From NCBI RefSeq assembly GCF_009914755.1, contig NC_060936.1: DNA of 64,000 nt, one strand, 5' to 3'. Source of the stretch: the human T2T-CHM13v2.0 reference genome, Homo sapiens. The notes under the pieces are model-generated. The model was not told where the DNA came from, searched no databases, and worked only from the letters and a program-made list of their open reading frames with translations. Both the position numbers and the translations under genes were made by a program. This document shows positions 14,571-28,107 of this stretch, in pieces (within the stretch, counting starts at the first letter, position 1; the number at the start of each line of letters is the position of its first letter).

Positions 14571-14897
14571 ACACTGAAAGGAGTGGCCCAGAAGTCAACA
14601 CAAGAAGAATCTTATTTTAACACCCTGTTAACATTATCATTATTGCCAGAAATGTCAATCAAAAGCTGGAATGTCAAATATGTTAGGGAACTTCCCTCCA
14701 TAAGAGGAAGGAAGGTGAATGTCTAAGGATACTTTAACTTTAAAACTCAGATTCAATTATCCAGGCAACCTAGCTAAAGGTTCAATACTGCTACTAAGTA
14801 ACAATGTGATCTAAGGAAGATTCTTTAATAACTTGTATGCTTAGATTTCTTATTTATATGTAAGTTTCATAGTTTTTCCCGCTTCAGGACATGGAAC

Positions 14898-15960
14898 TGA
14901 TGGCAGCAGGAGGCAGACAAATCCTAGGCAGACAGAGCCAGGTCCATGGTAAAACCAGACCTTCAAGCCCATGACAGTTTAAAGCCTAGCTACAAGTCTC
15001 AGGTAAATCCTTGGACTGGATTGAGAGCCTCTCTTCCCATTTGGAGTGCTTTCCTCTAACTGATACCCACCTTTCAGCTATTTTACATATAACTCCCCTT
15101 CCCTAATTTGTTTTCTACACTGTCTTGGCCATCTTTGAGCCATACCTTAGTTTTAACCCTTTTTGCATACTCACAAACCAATCTGAGCCCATAAAACCCT
15201 TGGACTCAGCTGTACTGGGAGAGAGACCACCCGGCTTTGGGTGGGAAACCACCCTTGCATTCCCTTTCTGCTGAGAGCTGTTTTGTCACTCAGTAAAATT
15301 CTTCTCCATCCTCCTGACCCTTCAATTATCAGCCTAACCTCATTCTTCTTGGATGTGGTGCAAGAACTCGGAACACATCGAACGCAGGTACAAAAAAGGC
15401 TGTAACACTGTGGCCCTCTTCCCTCTGCCAGTGAAGGCAGCCACCCCATGCAACAGAAAGCAGTGGCAGGGCCGAGCCAGCCTTGGAGCCATGGAACAGA
15501 GTGAGGTAACAGGGTTGGCAGAACTATTAATGCACCTCCATCTGTCAGGCTGCAGACAGGGGACTAAAAGAGCAAATTAGCATGCTGTAACACTCCCTCT
15601 GGGGCTTTGGGGTCATAGACACCCACCACATTTCCCTCATTTGGGTGCCAGAGTCCACCACAGGAGTGGCTTGCTACATGCCTGGTCCAGCCACAAGCCC
15701 CGCAAGGATCCCACTCCTGTGTCAGTGCTTGGAATGGCTGGCCGGACCCCACACTCACTTGCTCACACTCCCCTCCCAATGAGGGTTGGGCATGCGGTCA
15801 TGGCAGCTGCAGGATCTGCACTGGAGTGCAGGCCTGGCACAGCCCAGTGGGCCAAGTGGTTGGGGTGTCTCCTGTGGTGAGCCCAGGCCCCAGGTGATGC
15901 AGGGGCATCACCAGCCAGAGGTCTCTGGCTGGCAAAATGACTGAGAAAAATCCTGCATCA
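14898..15960 (+). mobile_element. Solo ERV1 LTR of the LTR1/LTR27/LTR28 group (~1.06 kb)
   Basis: TGATGGCAGCAGGAGGCAGAC...GAGAAAAATCCTGCATCA termini; 4-bp flanks gaac/aaac; GC-rich island in AT-rich DNA. Confidence 0.85.
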
Positions 15961-16012
15961 AAACTTCTATGTCAATAGATATTTATTCAATAGGTACCTA
16001 TTGAATGAAAGG

Positions 16013-16170
16013 TATTTATTCAATAAAGTACTTATTAAGCAAATACTATGTACCAGGTTCTCTAGGCTCTGAGGATACAGCAGTGAACAAAAACAGAAAA
16101 AATCATCTCTGCCATCAGGTATATTATATACTGCTGACAGGACCCAGAAAACAAATGAAATATGTGTTAT
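16013..16170 (-). mobile_element. L2 3'-end fragment
   Basis: ttattaagcaaatactatgtaccagg...ggatacagcagtgaacaaaa. Confidence 0.7.
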
Positions 16171-16744
16171 GTCTTACAGTTGCTTCATTGTTCATAAAAC
16201 CACATGGGAACTGACTTCAGGAGAGGAGTAATGGCCTGTGTGTCTGCACTTCCTTGTTGTGACAGAAGTAGTCCCATATTTAAGACATAAAATGATTTCC
16301 AGTCATCTCAGGCACAGAGTGGTTATGGGACTGTGAATAGTATTCAGGAAAGGAAAGAATGAGGCTTTCACTGGGAGCATGCAGAGTTCTGGTGCCATCT
16401 CTTTTGCTGAGCAATGATGATGTTGAGACTAGCAAGGAGTAGCCTTATTTGAAGAACACAGATCTTCTGGACTTCCTCTTAACTCCTGATGGAGTCTTTA
16501 GAGGCTGAGGAGAGGTAGTCTTACATGGTGCTCCTTATCCCATGATCCTTTCTGATTCTTAAAGCAAGAAATCTTTGAGACTTGTTCCGGTATCCTGCAG
16601 ATGTGGGGACAAAGGATGATAAAAAAAAAAATCTGTTTTTAAGGCTTGTATGTGTTTTTGGATTCTTTCTAACTAGAATTAAATACTGTTTTGTGATCTG
16701 TAAAAGAAGAACCTAGAAACACTAGTGTCATTTTAAAATTCTTG

Positions 16745-17670
16745 TTGGATTTATATTTAACAGAATGGCTAATACGAAAAAGACTGACAACACCAAATGT
16801 GAGTAAGACTGTAGGCCAATCTGAGATCTCATACATTACTGGTGTGAGTGGAAAATAGTACAACTACTTTGAAAAAAAGATCTGGCAATTTTTATAAAAT
16901 TAAGTATACACCTACTATGTGAACTCCTGAATAGAATTTATTCAGGAGAAAAGAAAACACATGTTCACACATATATAAAAAAATACAATGATATTCATAA
17001 CAGCTTATTCATAATAGTCCAAAACAAGAAACTGCCCACCAATTAGAGAATAGATAGACTGTGGCTTATTCATAGAAGATACCAGTCATCAGTGAAAAGG
17101 AATGAAACAACACAGAGGAATCTCAGCACATGGAGCTGAGTGAAAGAAATACTACACAAAATGTACTACATGATCTATAGGAAGTTCTGGAACAGAAAAA
17201 AAAAACTAATCTATAGAAAAAAAATAAGAGTAGTGGTTGTCTCTGGGATGGTAGGAGCAAGGATTGACAGGGAAGGAACATGAAAGAACTTTCTGTGGTT
17301 ACAGTAGTCTTCTTTATTTTGATAGGGATTATGGGTTGCACAGGTGTATGCCCTGTGAGCAGTTCCTGAACGGACTAAATGGTACACTGAAGAATTTTGC
17401 AATTCATTATACGCAAGTTTTACCTCAGCTCTAGTTAATGCCATGCATGTTTAAATATATGGGAAATATATTGCTCTCTGCACCTTATTTGGAAAAGCAT
17501 CAAAAAATAAGATGAATTGTTAGAGGGGTAGTGGGATTAATAATTATATGATCAAACAAATTTATAAAGGGTTAAAAATAGAATCTGGGTAATGGGTACA
17601 TGTTTATTTACTAAATAATTCTTTTATTTTCTGTGACCGTGATAATTCTCAAAATAAAATTTTAAGAAAA
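16745..17670 (+). mobile_element. Old L1MC/ME 3' end
   Basis: cagaatggctaa...ctgacaacaccaaatgt...ctcatacattactggtg ORF2 tail and L1MC-type 3' UTR. Confidence 0.75.
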
Positions 17671-19403
17671 AATTTTAGTTTGAGCAGGGCATATGATATT
17701 TTATTATCATATTTTCATATTTTAAAAATTCAAACAATAGAAATATCTTAGTTTTATTATAAAAGATGCATTTATTAACTAAATAATTATTTATTAAGTA
17801 ACTAATTGTCAATCTTCAGTGAGAACAGGCACAATAGTTTATTCCTGCCCTTATATTCTAATGGAAGAAGAAAAGGTACTTATTTTACAATTATTTCACA
17901 AATAAATAATATAACATTTGTATTTAAAATAATGTTTTAAAAATAATTTTCTTGTAAAATTCCCAATATTGCTTGAGTATTTTACTTATATTTGATTTGA
18001 AATATTTGCAATTAAAAATAAGGAACTGTTATGAAAATATGTTGTAGAAATTGGTTTTCTGGTGCTTTCTATATTGAACCAATAGCTAGCAATTTGTCTC
18101 CCACTAATATTCTTCATGTGTTTCATGTAAAGCACATTAATATTAGCCCATAAAATAAATGTACCCGAAAAGAAACCAGCAGAATAAGTAATCATTAAGA
18201 AGTACAAACTAGAACATTTTTAAGAAAACCAAAAAGAAAATCTTTTTGAAACACAGCCAGCAACATCACAAGATTTATCCTTAATACCTACATAATATAA
18301 ATTATATCTGGCATGTCTCCTCAGTAAAGTCACAGTGTCCAGACAAACTAAATAGCTTTAAGCAAGTTAATTTGTAATCTCGTCCAGTAAGTGTATATGC
18401 AGCTGTCAAAAAACATTAGTCTTCTAGTTACTGATTGAAATACAAATCCTATTATCTCTATTATTGAAATGCTAATACCAAGCTTTTAATCAGTGAGATG
18501 TTAGGTCCAGTCCTTAGTCTTACTCCATTCTTTTTCTTTGTTCTTTTCTTTTGTGAATTTACCCAACTGGTCCTTTCCCTAAGCTCCAGTCTTATTTTGC
18601 CTAAATAATATTATGTATTTTTCTTTAAATATTTCCAACACTAAACTTTTCATCCTTCTCCCAAAAAGGACATGCAATTTTCTTTCTTAACCATAGCTCT
18701 ACTATTTTCTCATCACCCAGAAGTTAAATTCAGTTCATTCTTCTGTTAATCTAGTACATTAAGCCACTGAATTGTATTAGATTGTTTTCTCTAAAGTTTC
18801 TTATGCCTCTTTTTTTTTCTTTTTATACTCATTGTCTCTAGTCTAGTTTAATGACCTTGCACTGAACTATTGCAATAGCTTTTAAAAGTAGAATTTATTG
18901 TTTTTCTGATTATTAAAAACAAATAGAAATAATTTAAAATATGAATTATTTAAAGCATAGTTTTTGGTATTGCTGTTCTTGTTAAAAGAACTGTTAACAT
19001 ATTATTGCATATGCTTCTAGTTCCTTCTCCCTTTTCTTTGAAAACAGTTTTTAAATATGTATACTACTTTTTCGTAAATACATCATATATATTTAAATCT
19101 ACATTTTTATATTTATTTTATTACTAATTTTGTCTCACTATAAATAACTGATATAGACATCTGTGTGTGTCTATATATAAACATATATATATATATGTTT
19201 GTACAAACATCTGATTATTTCCTAAAGATAATACAAAGAAGTGGAAATAGTGACTTAAATAGTATTAATTATTGAAACTTAAAGTGATCTTGTCAAATTT
19301 CCTTTCAATCCTACTTCCCACCGTGTATGAGTATCTGTTTTGTCATCCTTGAAAAAAAAAATTCGGCATTATCACTTATAAGTAATACTTATCAATTGTG
19401 TAG

Positions 19404-19861
<458 letters not shown>

Positions 19862-20044
19862 GCCATAGCTTTATAATCAGGATGTCTGTCTACAATTTTT
19901 TCAATTCTAATTTATCCTGTGTTTCATTTCAAGAGAAATATTGCCAATACAGTATTTGCTTGTCCACATTGTAAGTGTTTCTGTATTGCCCTACAGAGTC
20001 AAGACTTCAACATTCAAGCATTCTAATTCCCGTCTACCTACCTA

Positions 20045-20457
20045 TGTATTAGTACATTTTGAATTGCTATAAAGGAATATCTGAGGCTGAGTAATTTATA
20101 AAGAAAAGAAGTTTATTTGGCTCACAGTTCTGCAAGCTGTACAAAAAGCATGGTGCTGACATATGCTTTTGATGAAGGTCTCAGGAGGCTTCCAATCATG
20201 GCAGAGACAAAGGGGGAGCAGACATATCACATGGTGAGAAAGAAAGGGAGAGAGAAGAGGAATCACACACTCTTTTGAGAAACCAGCTCTCCTGTGAATG
20301 CACAGGAGACTCACTAACTCATAAACACAGGATGGCACCATGACATTGATAAGAGATCTGCCACCATGACCCAAACACCTCATATTGGGCCCAAACTGTA
20401 ACACTGAAGATCACATTTCAATGAGCTTTGGTAGGGACAAATATCCAAACTCTATCA
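20045..20457 (-). mobile_element. MSTB-like MaLR solo LTR
   Basis: tgtattagt...gctataaaggaata...ggctcacagttctgca...ccaaactctatca termini. Confidence 0.88.
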
Positions 20458-20779
20458 GCCTGTCAATAAGTATCACTATCCTGAACACCAGTGATATATT
20501 TACCTTTCCCAAGTGTATGCAAAAAGACCCTTCCTTAAAGTCTCCTCTTTCTCTTCTCCATATAAAACCTACCTATCCTTCTGACTCATGCCCTGCATGA
20601 ACCTTACTCAGTCACTGAAGCTCATCTGAATCTTCCCATATACTCTTAATTCTACTTCATAAATACACTTTTAAGTCTCTTATCCTGCCACCTATCGAGA
20701 CCACGTCTTAATCCTGTGCTACCCAGGGTATGAATAGTACCTGCTACTGTGCATAATTCTTTCTCTTTTAGAAGCCTTA

Positions 20780-21330
20780 GTGACATTTTTAAAGGGTAAA
20801 TTTGATTACAGTACTTATTCTCTTGCTTAAAACTTTGTCAAACTTTGGTACACTTAGGACAGAATATAAAATTCCTTATATGTCCTAAGATATCCTATAA
20901 GATTTGGCCACTCTTCCTCAGTCATCTCTCACTAGTTCCAACACCATCACCTTTGTTCACTATTATCCTCAAATGTCCCAAACTTCTTTCCTAATCATCA
21001 CTATCCTATATCCTTCTTCCTCTGTGTTATTCTGGTCTTTTCTCTATACCCACATTCTATTCTTCTTGCAGTTATTCCTGTAACTGTAACTTCCTCTAGG
21101 TACACTTAGGTTTGTTCACTTTATTACTGAGGCTTACAGTATCTGATATTTTTCCCTGCAGTGCTTATGACAATTTTAATCACCGCCCTCATTCTTGCTT
21201 TTATTTGTTTAATATTTGTTGCCTTCCACAAGGTCAAATACTATGTCTCTATTTCTCATTACTGTATCCCAAGTACCAAGCAGAATGCCTGGCAAAAGCA
21301 GGAAACTCAAAAACATATTGTGGTCTGACA
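20780..21330 (+). mobile_element. L2 fragments
   Basis: ctcttgcttaaaac...cacttaggacagaa and 3' end gtatcccaagtaccaagcagaatgcctggca. Confidence 0.55.
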
Positions 21331-21687
21331 AAAAAAAAAAAAAAAAGAAAGCCTAATTTATTCTATGGGTAGAGTTTTACTTGTTCTTTGAATTATTCCT
21401 GCGGTATAATTTTATTTTCTTAAGCACATTTCATTTCTTTCAAGTTAAAGACTGTATTCTATACTTCTCTAAAATCCATATAGCATACAACAGTTCTGAA
21501 ACACAGCAGGCATAAAAAATATACCAGTTGAGATAAATGTGCAGTTGAAGAGTCGCAACTCTGATCATTTGGAAAAGAAGGAAGGACAGAGAGTCAAAAC
21601 AAAAATTTGTACTGACGGAAACAGAAGAGAGGATAAAAATATCACCACTGATGGTTGACTAATAATCAAATTATTTTTATTTTATCC

Positions 21688-21978
21688 ATTTTTATTTTTA
21701 TTTTTAGAGACAGGTCTTGCTTGGTCCACAAGCTGGAGTGCAATGATGCAATCAGAGCTCGCTGCAGCCTCAAACTCCTGGACTCCAGTGATTCTCTTGC
21801 TTCAGCCTCCCAAGTACCTAGGACTACAGGCACACATCACCACACCACACATCAATTGTTTGTAGAAACAGGGACCCTATGTTGCCCAGGCTGGTCTGGG
21901 ACTCCTAACCTCAAGCAGTCCTCTGTCCTCAGCCTTCCAAAATTCTGGAATTACAGAAATGAGCCATTGTGCCTGGCC
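21688..21978 (-). mobile_element. AluJ
   Basis: gagacaggtcttgc...gctgcagcctcaaactcctgg...gagccattgtgcctggcc; J-type, diverged. Confidence 0.9.
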
Positions 21979-23764
21979 TCTTGAATTATGAATATTGAAA
22001 ACGTTCTTAGTTTTCTAACTACTTTCTGCTTATTTTGCTTATAACTGACATGAGAAAATCTGGCAATACATAAAAAATAATCTGTTTAAATGAAATTTAA
22101 ACAAGAAGTTGAATTCATTTTTTTAAATTACCACTTTCTCTTACATGATGATAAGTATTAGTAGTTTTTATTTTATTTTATTATCAACTGATCTTTTCAA
22201 AGATCAAGTCAATCAAGTAAATAGGCTTTTGGTGTTGGGTGGTAAGGTCGAGAAAAATCAAAAATCAAATTTGAAAACAAAAATATAATTAAGCCTGAGT
22301 TTAGTGGAATTTAATCTAGTTAGCTATAGGCTAAATCCAATACCTTTGCATCTCCATAATTAGGCATAAGCAGCAGGCAACTTGTACTGGTGACCAGCAG
22401 TCCACAGCCCAGATTGAGGAGACAAACTGAGCTTTGGGATTGGAATGGAGATGTGACTAGTGAGAGGAATTTTAAACTGGTAGAGCCCAGAGCCTTAGCT
22501 TCATCTAAAACAGAAACTCCAGGGGCTACTCTCCTGACCGCAAACCCTAACAGAGCCTGGAACCAGAATCAGTTAACCACTGCCAAATTATTCAGTACCT
22601 CTGTTTTGTTTTGTTTGTTGAGTTTGTTGTTGTTGTTGTGTGTGTGTGTGTTAAGTAGAGTTTCAGTGCCAAATTCTTCTTTTAAAACAGAATAGTTATG
22701 TACTGGGGATCTTAGGTGCTGAGTTCTTTGTGGGTTTGGAAATGCAAATTTGAGTTCAGGGACCAAAAAAAAAAAAAAAAAAAGCAACTTGTCCATCAAA
22801 ACCAAAGAAGTGTTAGGCACCCCAGGAGGGAAATTTAGGTGACAGGGCTAGGGGCCAGGCCAGGAGTTAGAAGGGAACAGTAGGGGGCAGGACATGAGAG
22901 ATTGCAATCTGCTACAGCAAAGACTCTTCCCAAATCTCCAGTTGAGTACACGGAAGCCCATTAAATATTTTGTCCAAGTGGACTGCTTGTGTGAACCACT
23001 GAAGGGGCTGAGATTCACGTCTGTGTCGATCTGAGATAAAACATGGAACACAAAAGAGAAAGCATCCCTGGCAGAAGCAGAGACTTCTAAATACTCCCCC
23101 CAAAAAAAGTGGTAAGATTTTTTAATCTCCACAGTTTACACTATGTTTAGGTGGCTGCACAGGGGTTGGAGCCTAAAACTAGCATCCCCAACTTATCTTC
23201 TTTTGAGAAAAAATAAGACCATCTCTGAAGGAAAACAAAGTGTGAAATTCAGTGACTGTTAGTAAAATAGTCAAAGAAGGGGCTAAGTAAAAGGAGGGAG
23301 TTTGGCTTGAATCACTAAATTATTTTTATAACTTTATTAACTTTTACAAATTATTAAAATGTGAATTATAATCTTATTTCTTCCATTTAAGGTTTTATCT
23401 TAAGCCAAATCGTTTCACAATCTTGTTCAAATTGTCTCATTTATAGCATGTAATTGATAATGTTTGCAGCATGTGACAGAGCTAATCTCCTAAGACCATT
23501 AGATCTCACAGATTTATGGCTTTTTGCCTGCAAAACCGAATCAAATATTTGAATATATATTATTAGCTAAAAGAAGCACATACTGATTAGTAAAATGGAT
23601 GCCATTAAATAGTTCAATTTTCTTAATTTTAATGAAGGGCTCTTATGGAAAATTATATCTGAGTAGGCAAAGTAAAATAAAAGCATATTTTCTATGATAG
23701 TACCAAATGACATTATTATTCCCTATAATAAATAATTGAAAAATATTTGTCTATCCTTATTTTA

Positions 23765-23932
23765 TTTTATATTATTTTTTGAGACAGGGTCTCTCTCTGT
23801 CACTTAAGCTGCAGTCCAGTGGTGCACCATCTAGGCTTACCACAACCTCTGCCTCCTGGGCTCAGGTGGTCCTCCCACCTTCAGCTTCCTGAGTAGCTGG
23901 GACTATAGGTGTGCACCACCACGACCAGCTAA
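23765..23932 (-). mobile_element. Alu right-arm monomer (FRAM or 5'-truncated AluJ)
   Basis: Right arm only, with a perfect 13-bp TSD tatccttatttta (23752-23764 / 23933-23945). Confidence 0.88.
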
Positions 23933-24269
23933 TATCCTTATTTTAAATGTCTTCACTTATTATATTTGGAATACATGATTCAACTACATATAGAAATAAA
24001 TGTGCACATTTGTCAGTTTGATAATATTTCAAAATATTCTATTAGACAATAATAAGCAATAATTTCAAAATTCAGATTATATTTTGGTGTTAGTTTGTGA
24101 GTATTCCTTTCTCTGTTTTTGTTTTTCACTTTTGCCTGATCTCTCTCTTTTTTTTTCTGTGTAATTGCTAAATCTAGCAAAGTCCTAAAACAGTAAGTCA
24201 GTACCTAATAATGACACAACACAAATATATGTGAAAATATATTGTTTAAAAATATAGTTACATGAAAAC

Positions 24270-26779
24270 GTTCTAATCCCATGTGATTTTCTATTTTACA
24301 TATGAAGAAACTGAGACTCAGAGAGGTTAAGCGAGGTCCGATACCAGATCCTGCTGCCTCTAGGAGGGGGAATGGGAGCAGGGTACACCAACACTGGTAT
24401 GCCAATAAGCTACACCATTATGGTGTGGTGGATGACGTGAGGGGGTGCTACATACAGCAGCTGTGTGTAGTATGTGCCTTTCTCTGTTGCCACCACAATT
24501 AAGAACAGGATTAAGAATTCAATTAACTATTACGATGCTTGTTTTTAAAAAGCTAGAGAAATGAATTTTCAGAGGAAATTCTTTTTCTGTAGTTTATACA
24601 ACAGATGAAAATGAATAGAATTATTCATTTTAAGATCATATACATGGAGTAACATTATCTATGCCTAACGCAAAACTAAGATTTTAAAAATTATATATAT
24701 TTGTGTATTGATATATGTAGGTAGTATATATATTTAAATATAATACAAATATAAATATACATATTTATATAATAGCCCAACACATATTTATGTAAAAATA
24801 TATAACATATTTATAAATACATAATATACAAATGATATACATCATATATAAATATATCATATGTATTTTTAAAAGCTATTTTTAAAATATTTACATTTAT
24901 ATGTTCTAATCCCACGTGATGCTCTATTTTACATATGAAGAAACTGAGACTCAGAGAGGTTAAGTGAGGTCAAATATTATATTGCGAGGTAGTGAAGGAG
25001 GAGAAATTCAAATCCTAATTTCTGATTTAAATCCATTTTCCTTCAACATCACCAAAAACTGAAGAACATAGAGGTAATATAGATATAGACAAATGACACC
25101 TAAAAACCAAATTCCCTTTTTGTGCCATCAAATACTTAAAAGTTTCCAATGATTTGATTATTTAAATAGCATTATTAATCTATACCTGCAATAGCAATGT
25201 GAGAATTGAGTAATGCCTCAGTGAGTTAGGTTAGTTAATGTGCTCAATCCTCTCTCACTTTAATTAGCTGAAAAATTGCTTCAACTTTTCAATTCTCTTT
25301 GTCCATGGAGACTTAACTTGAGATTCAACTTTCGTTTTGTGAAAATCACATTGTTTTTTTCTCAGAGAATCTGTTCAACTTTCTTCACCAAAATGATTGA
25401 CAACTGTTCAGAATGAACAAAATTCAGATAAAACTTTACACTAAGAATTACTGATCCATGAAAGAATGGTTTCTTTACACTGAAAGAAAAAAAAATAGTT
25501 GGATTTAGAATTTTAAAACATTTTATATCATTTTATATACTTATATGTATTTATACCATAACTGTCATCTACTTAAATATATTTATGCTTTTATATATCT
25601 GTATGTGCATATTAAGTAGTAATTTTTTTTAAATATGTGAGATCCCCAAGACTGAGACACATTTACTTGAAGTAAAATCACAGGAAAAACAGCATATACA
25701 ATGAACTATGCAGCAATATGAAAATTAAAAATTAAAGTTTGATATCGACTGGACCATACCCTTTTCTACATATGACCTTGTATTTTACATATTTTATGTA
25801 TTTTTTATTGTCTTTTAAATAAGGTTGAGAACAAATTGCTATCTAAAATCAAGAGAAACAGCAACTGAAGAATCGAGGAGTTTATACAGTCTATTCTCAT
25901 TATTCAGGCAAAAGTCTCAGTTTGTTATGAATCCCGTTTTGACTCTTCATTTTATCTAGTCATAGAGGCAATGAATTGATTACACATTAACATAGAAAGG
26001 AAATAAATTTTATTTAACTGAATTTAGAACCATATTTTAAAGGCCACATGATTACACGGCATATAAAATCATAAAACTTAAAGGCAAACTGCCTTTGAAA
26101 TGTTTAAGCTATTTCCAACCATCATGTGTTTGCGTGTGTAATGTGACATACAATAGCCAGTTTTTGCCATCTGTAGTGTTGCCCTTAGCAACAGAAAAGC
26201 ATGTGACAGTGCTTATGTGACTCTGCTGGCCTGCAACAGTGTGTAGAAGGATTTAAGCAAAATGAAACAGACAGAAATATTGATCCAGACAACTGGAATT
26301 TTCAAGTGTATTGCAATGATAATGACGACTGGAAAGGAAAGAGAGGAAGGTAACAAAGAAAAGCCAAGAAAACTATTTGGAGTGAGAGACTATGGTAATA
26401 TAAAAGGTATATTTTCTAGAAGTTATTATAAAGTTTAAGTTAAATTATGTACATGTATAACATATAATAATTTTCTTCTTTTGCATCATCATGTTATAAT
26501 TTGCATTTAGTAAATAAAGTTAAACCCTACTCTGTTGCTGGACATGAAAGGGGGTAGTTCTATGTCACACACATCTTTCTCTGTTGCCATCACAGTTAAG
26601 AACAAGATTAAGAATTCTATTAACTATTACCATACTCGTTTTCAAAAAGCTAGAGAAATGAATTTTCGGACAAGATTATTTTCTGTAGTTCATACAACAG
26701 AGTAAAATGTATAGAATTATTCATTTTAAAATCATATATATGGAATAATATATAATCAGGCCTAATGCAAAACCGTAAG
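24270..26779 (+). repeat. Old local duplication: block A 24270-24338 ~ 24903-24971, block B 24478-24680 ~ 26575-26779
   Basis: Direct alignment by eye: A has 4 mismatches in 69 bp; B is roughly 85% identical over ~200 bp. Confidence 0.9.
26178..26192. promoter_or_regulatory. RFX X-box-like site GTTGCC-CTT-AGCAAC
   Basis: Fits the GTNRCC-N(0-3)-RGYAAC consensus, in non-repeat DNA. Confidence 0.5.
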
Positions 26780-28107
26780 TTATCTCATATATATATATAT
26801 ATATAGTTTTGGAAGCTTCAATAATAAAAGTAGGAAAGAGAAAATTCTGTAGTGTACATTTGCAAACAAACCCAACTTATTCACCCTGTTTTTAAGAAAC
26901 TCTGGCTATATATCTTCAACCAGAAAGAAAAAAATGCAGACGTGACAACATGAGGACATGTGCTAGATAAATAGCATGTAAAGAAATATGCATCTGGGTC
27001 ATTTAATTATTCAATCAAAGTTTCAGTGCATTTAATAGTCTACTGTGAAGAGAACTATGGTGGAGAGAACAAATCTCAAAAGGGAAAATACCTTCACTTT
27101 TACTATTGTATATTTACTATTGTAAAGAAGAAAATCAATAGATGAACTTTACACTTCCCAGATAGTTCAATTGTTAGGAGAGCCCAAAATACTGAGCATT
27201 TGTGATACCTAATTCCTTTATATTACCTCATTGTGAAATTATACCCATCTTAGAGATGAGAAACGTGGGGTGTTTATAATAGAGTGTGTTAATTTCCCAT
27301 TGCTTCTACTCAGTAATTAAGTCTATATTTTCACCCAAGCCTTGTCCCCTACTCTTTTTCTCCACTAATTCACTTGGATAGAAGGAAGTGTGTATGCATG
27401 CACATTCAATATCACAGTGTCTCGTACAACTGCAAGAAATGAGCAGTCCTTTTGAACTCTGAGCTTCCAAAAAGTCAAACCAATAAGTACATGACAAGTT
27501 TTAGTTCTCTAATTTTTCCAACAAATATTCATTTAGTACTGTTTCTATGTCAGACATTGTGTTAGTCACTAGAAAGAGAATACAGGTAAAACAGGTGTGG
27601 TTCCTGCCTTATGTGTTCCAGCCTTGCCTCATGTATTTGTGTCTTCATGGAATTACCATGGTCTTTCCTCTTAGTCCTCATCAAAATGGTAAAATACAAC
27701 ATTAATCAAGTGTTATCTTTAGTTTTGTTTTCTAATAAGAATGATAAGAAGTGATCTTATTTTCACTGCTATAACCTAGAACTGTGTCTGACTCCATAAT
27801 TATGCTCTAATGAATTACTAAAGAAATTAGACCTAACTATGTAATTAAAACTATGGAAGGAGGCATACTGGTTGTATAAGGAGCAGAGAAAATGCCAGAT
27901 AGCTTCAGAAATGAAGAAGAGATATGAAAACAGAGATAGTAATTGGAAAGAACACTTGAGAAGTTTGGCTACCAATGGGAATAACAAGATAAGATAGCTT
28001 GAAAAAAAGAAGAGATAATAAAAAGTTTTAAATTTTTGAGTTTAACTTTGCTTTTTTTTTTTCTTAAGGTAGAAGAAATTTGAATAAGCTTAACCGTTGA
28101 TTAGAAG

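Noticed and set aside
15171-15880. GC-rich region with four ORFs, considered as a CpG-island promoter or exon
   Set aside because: Entirely inside the ERV1 solo LTR and CpG-poor.
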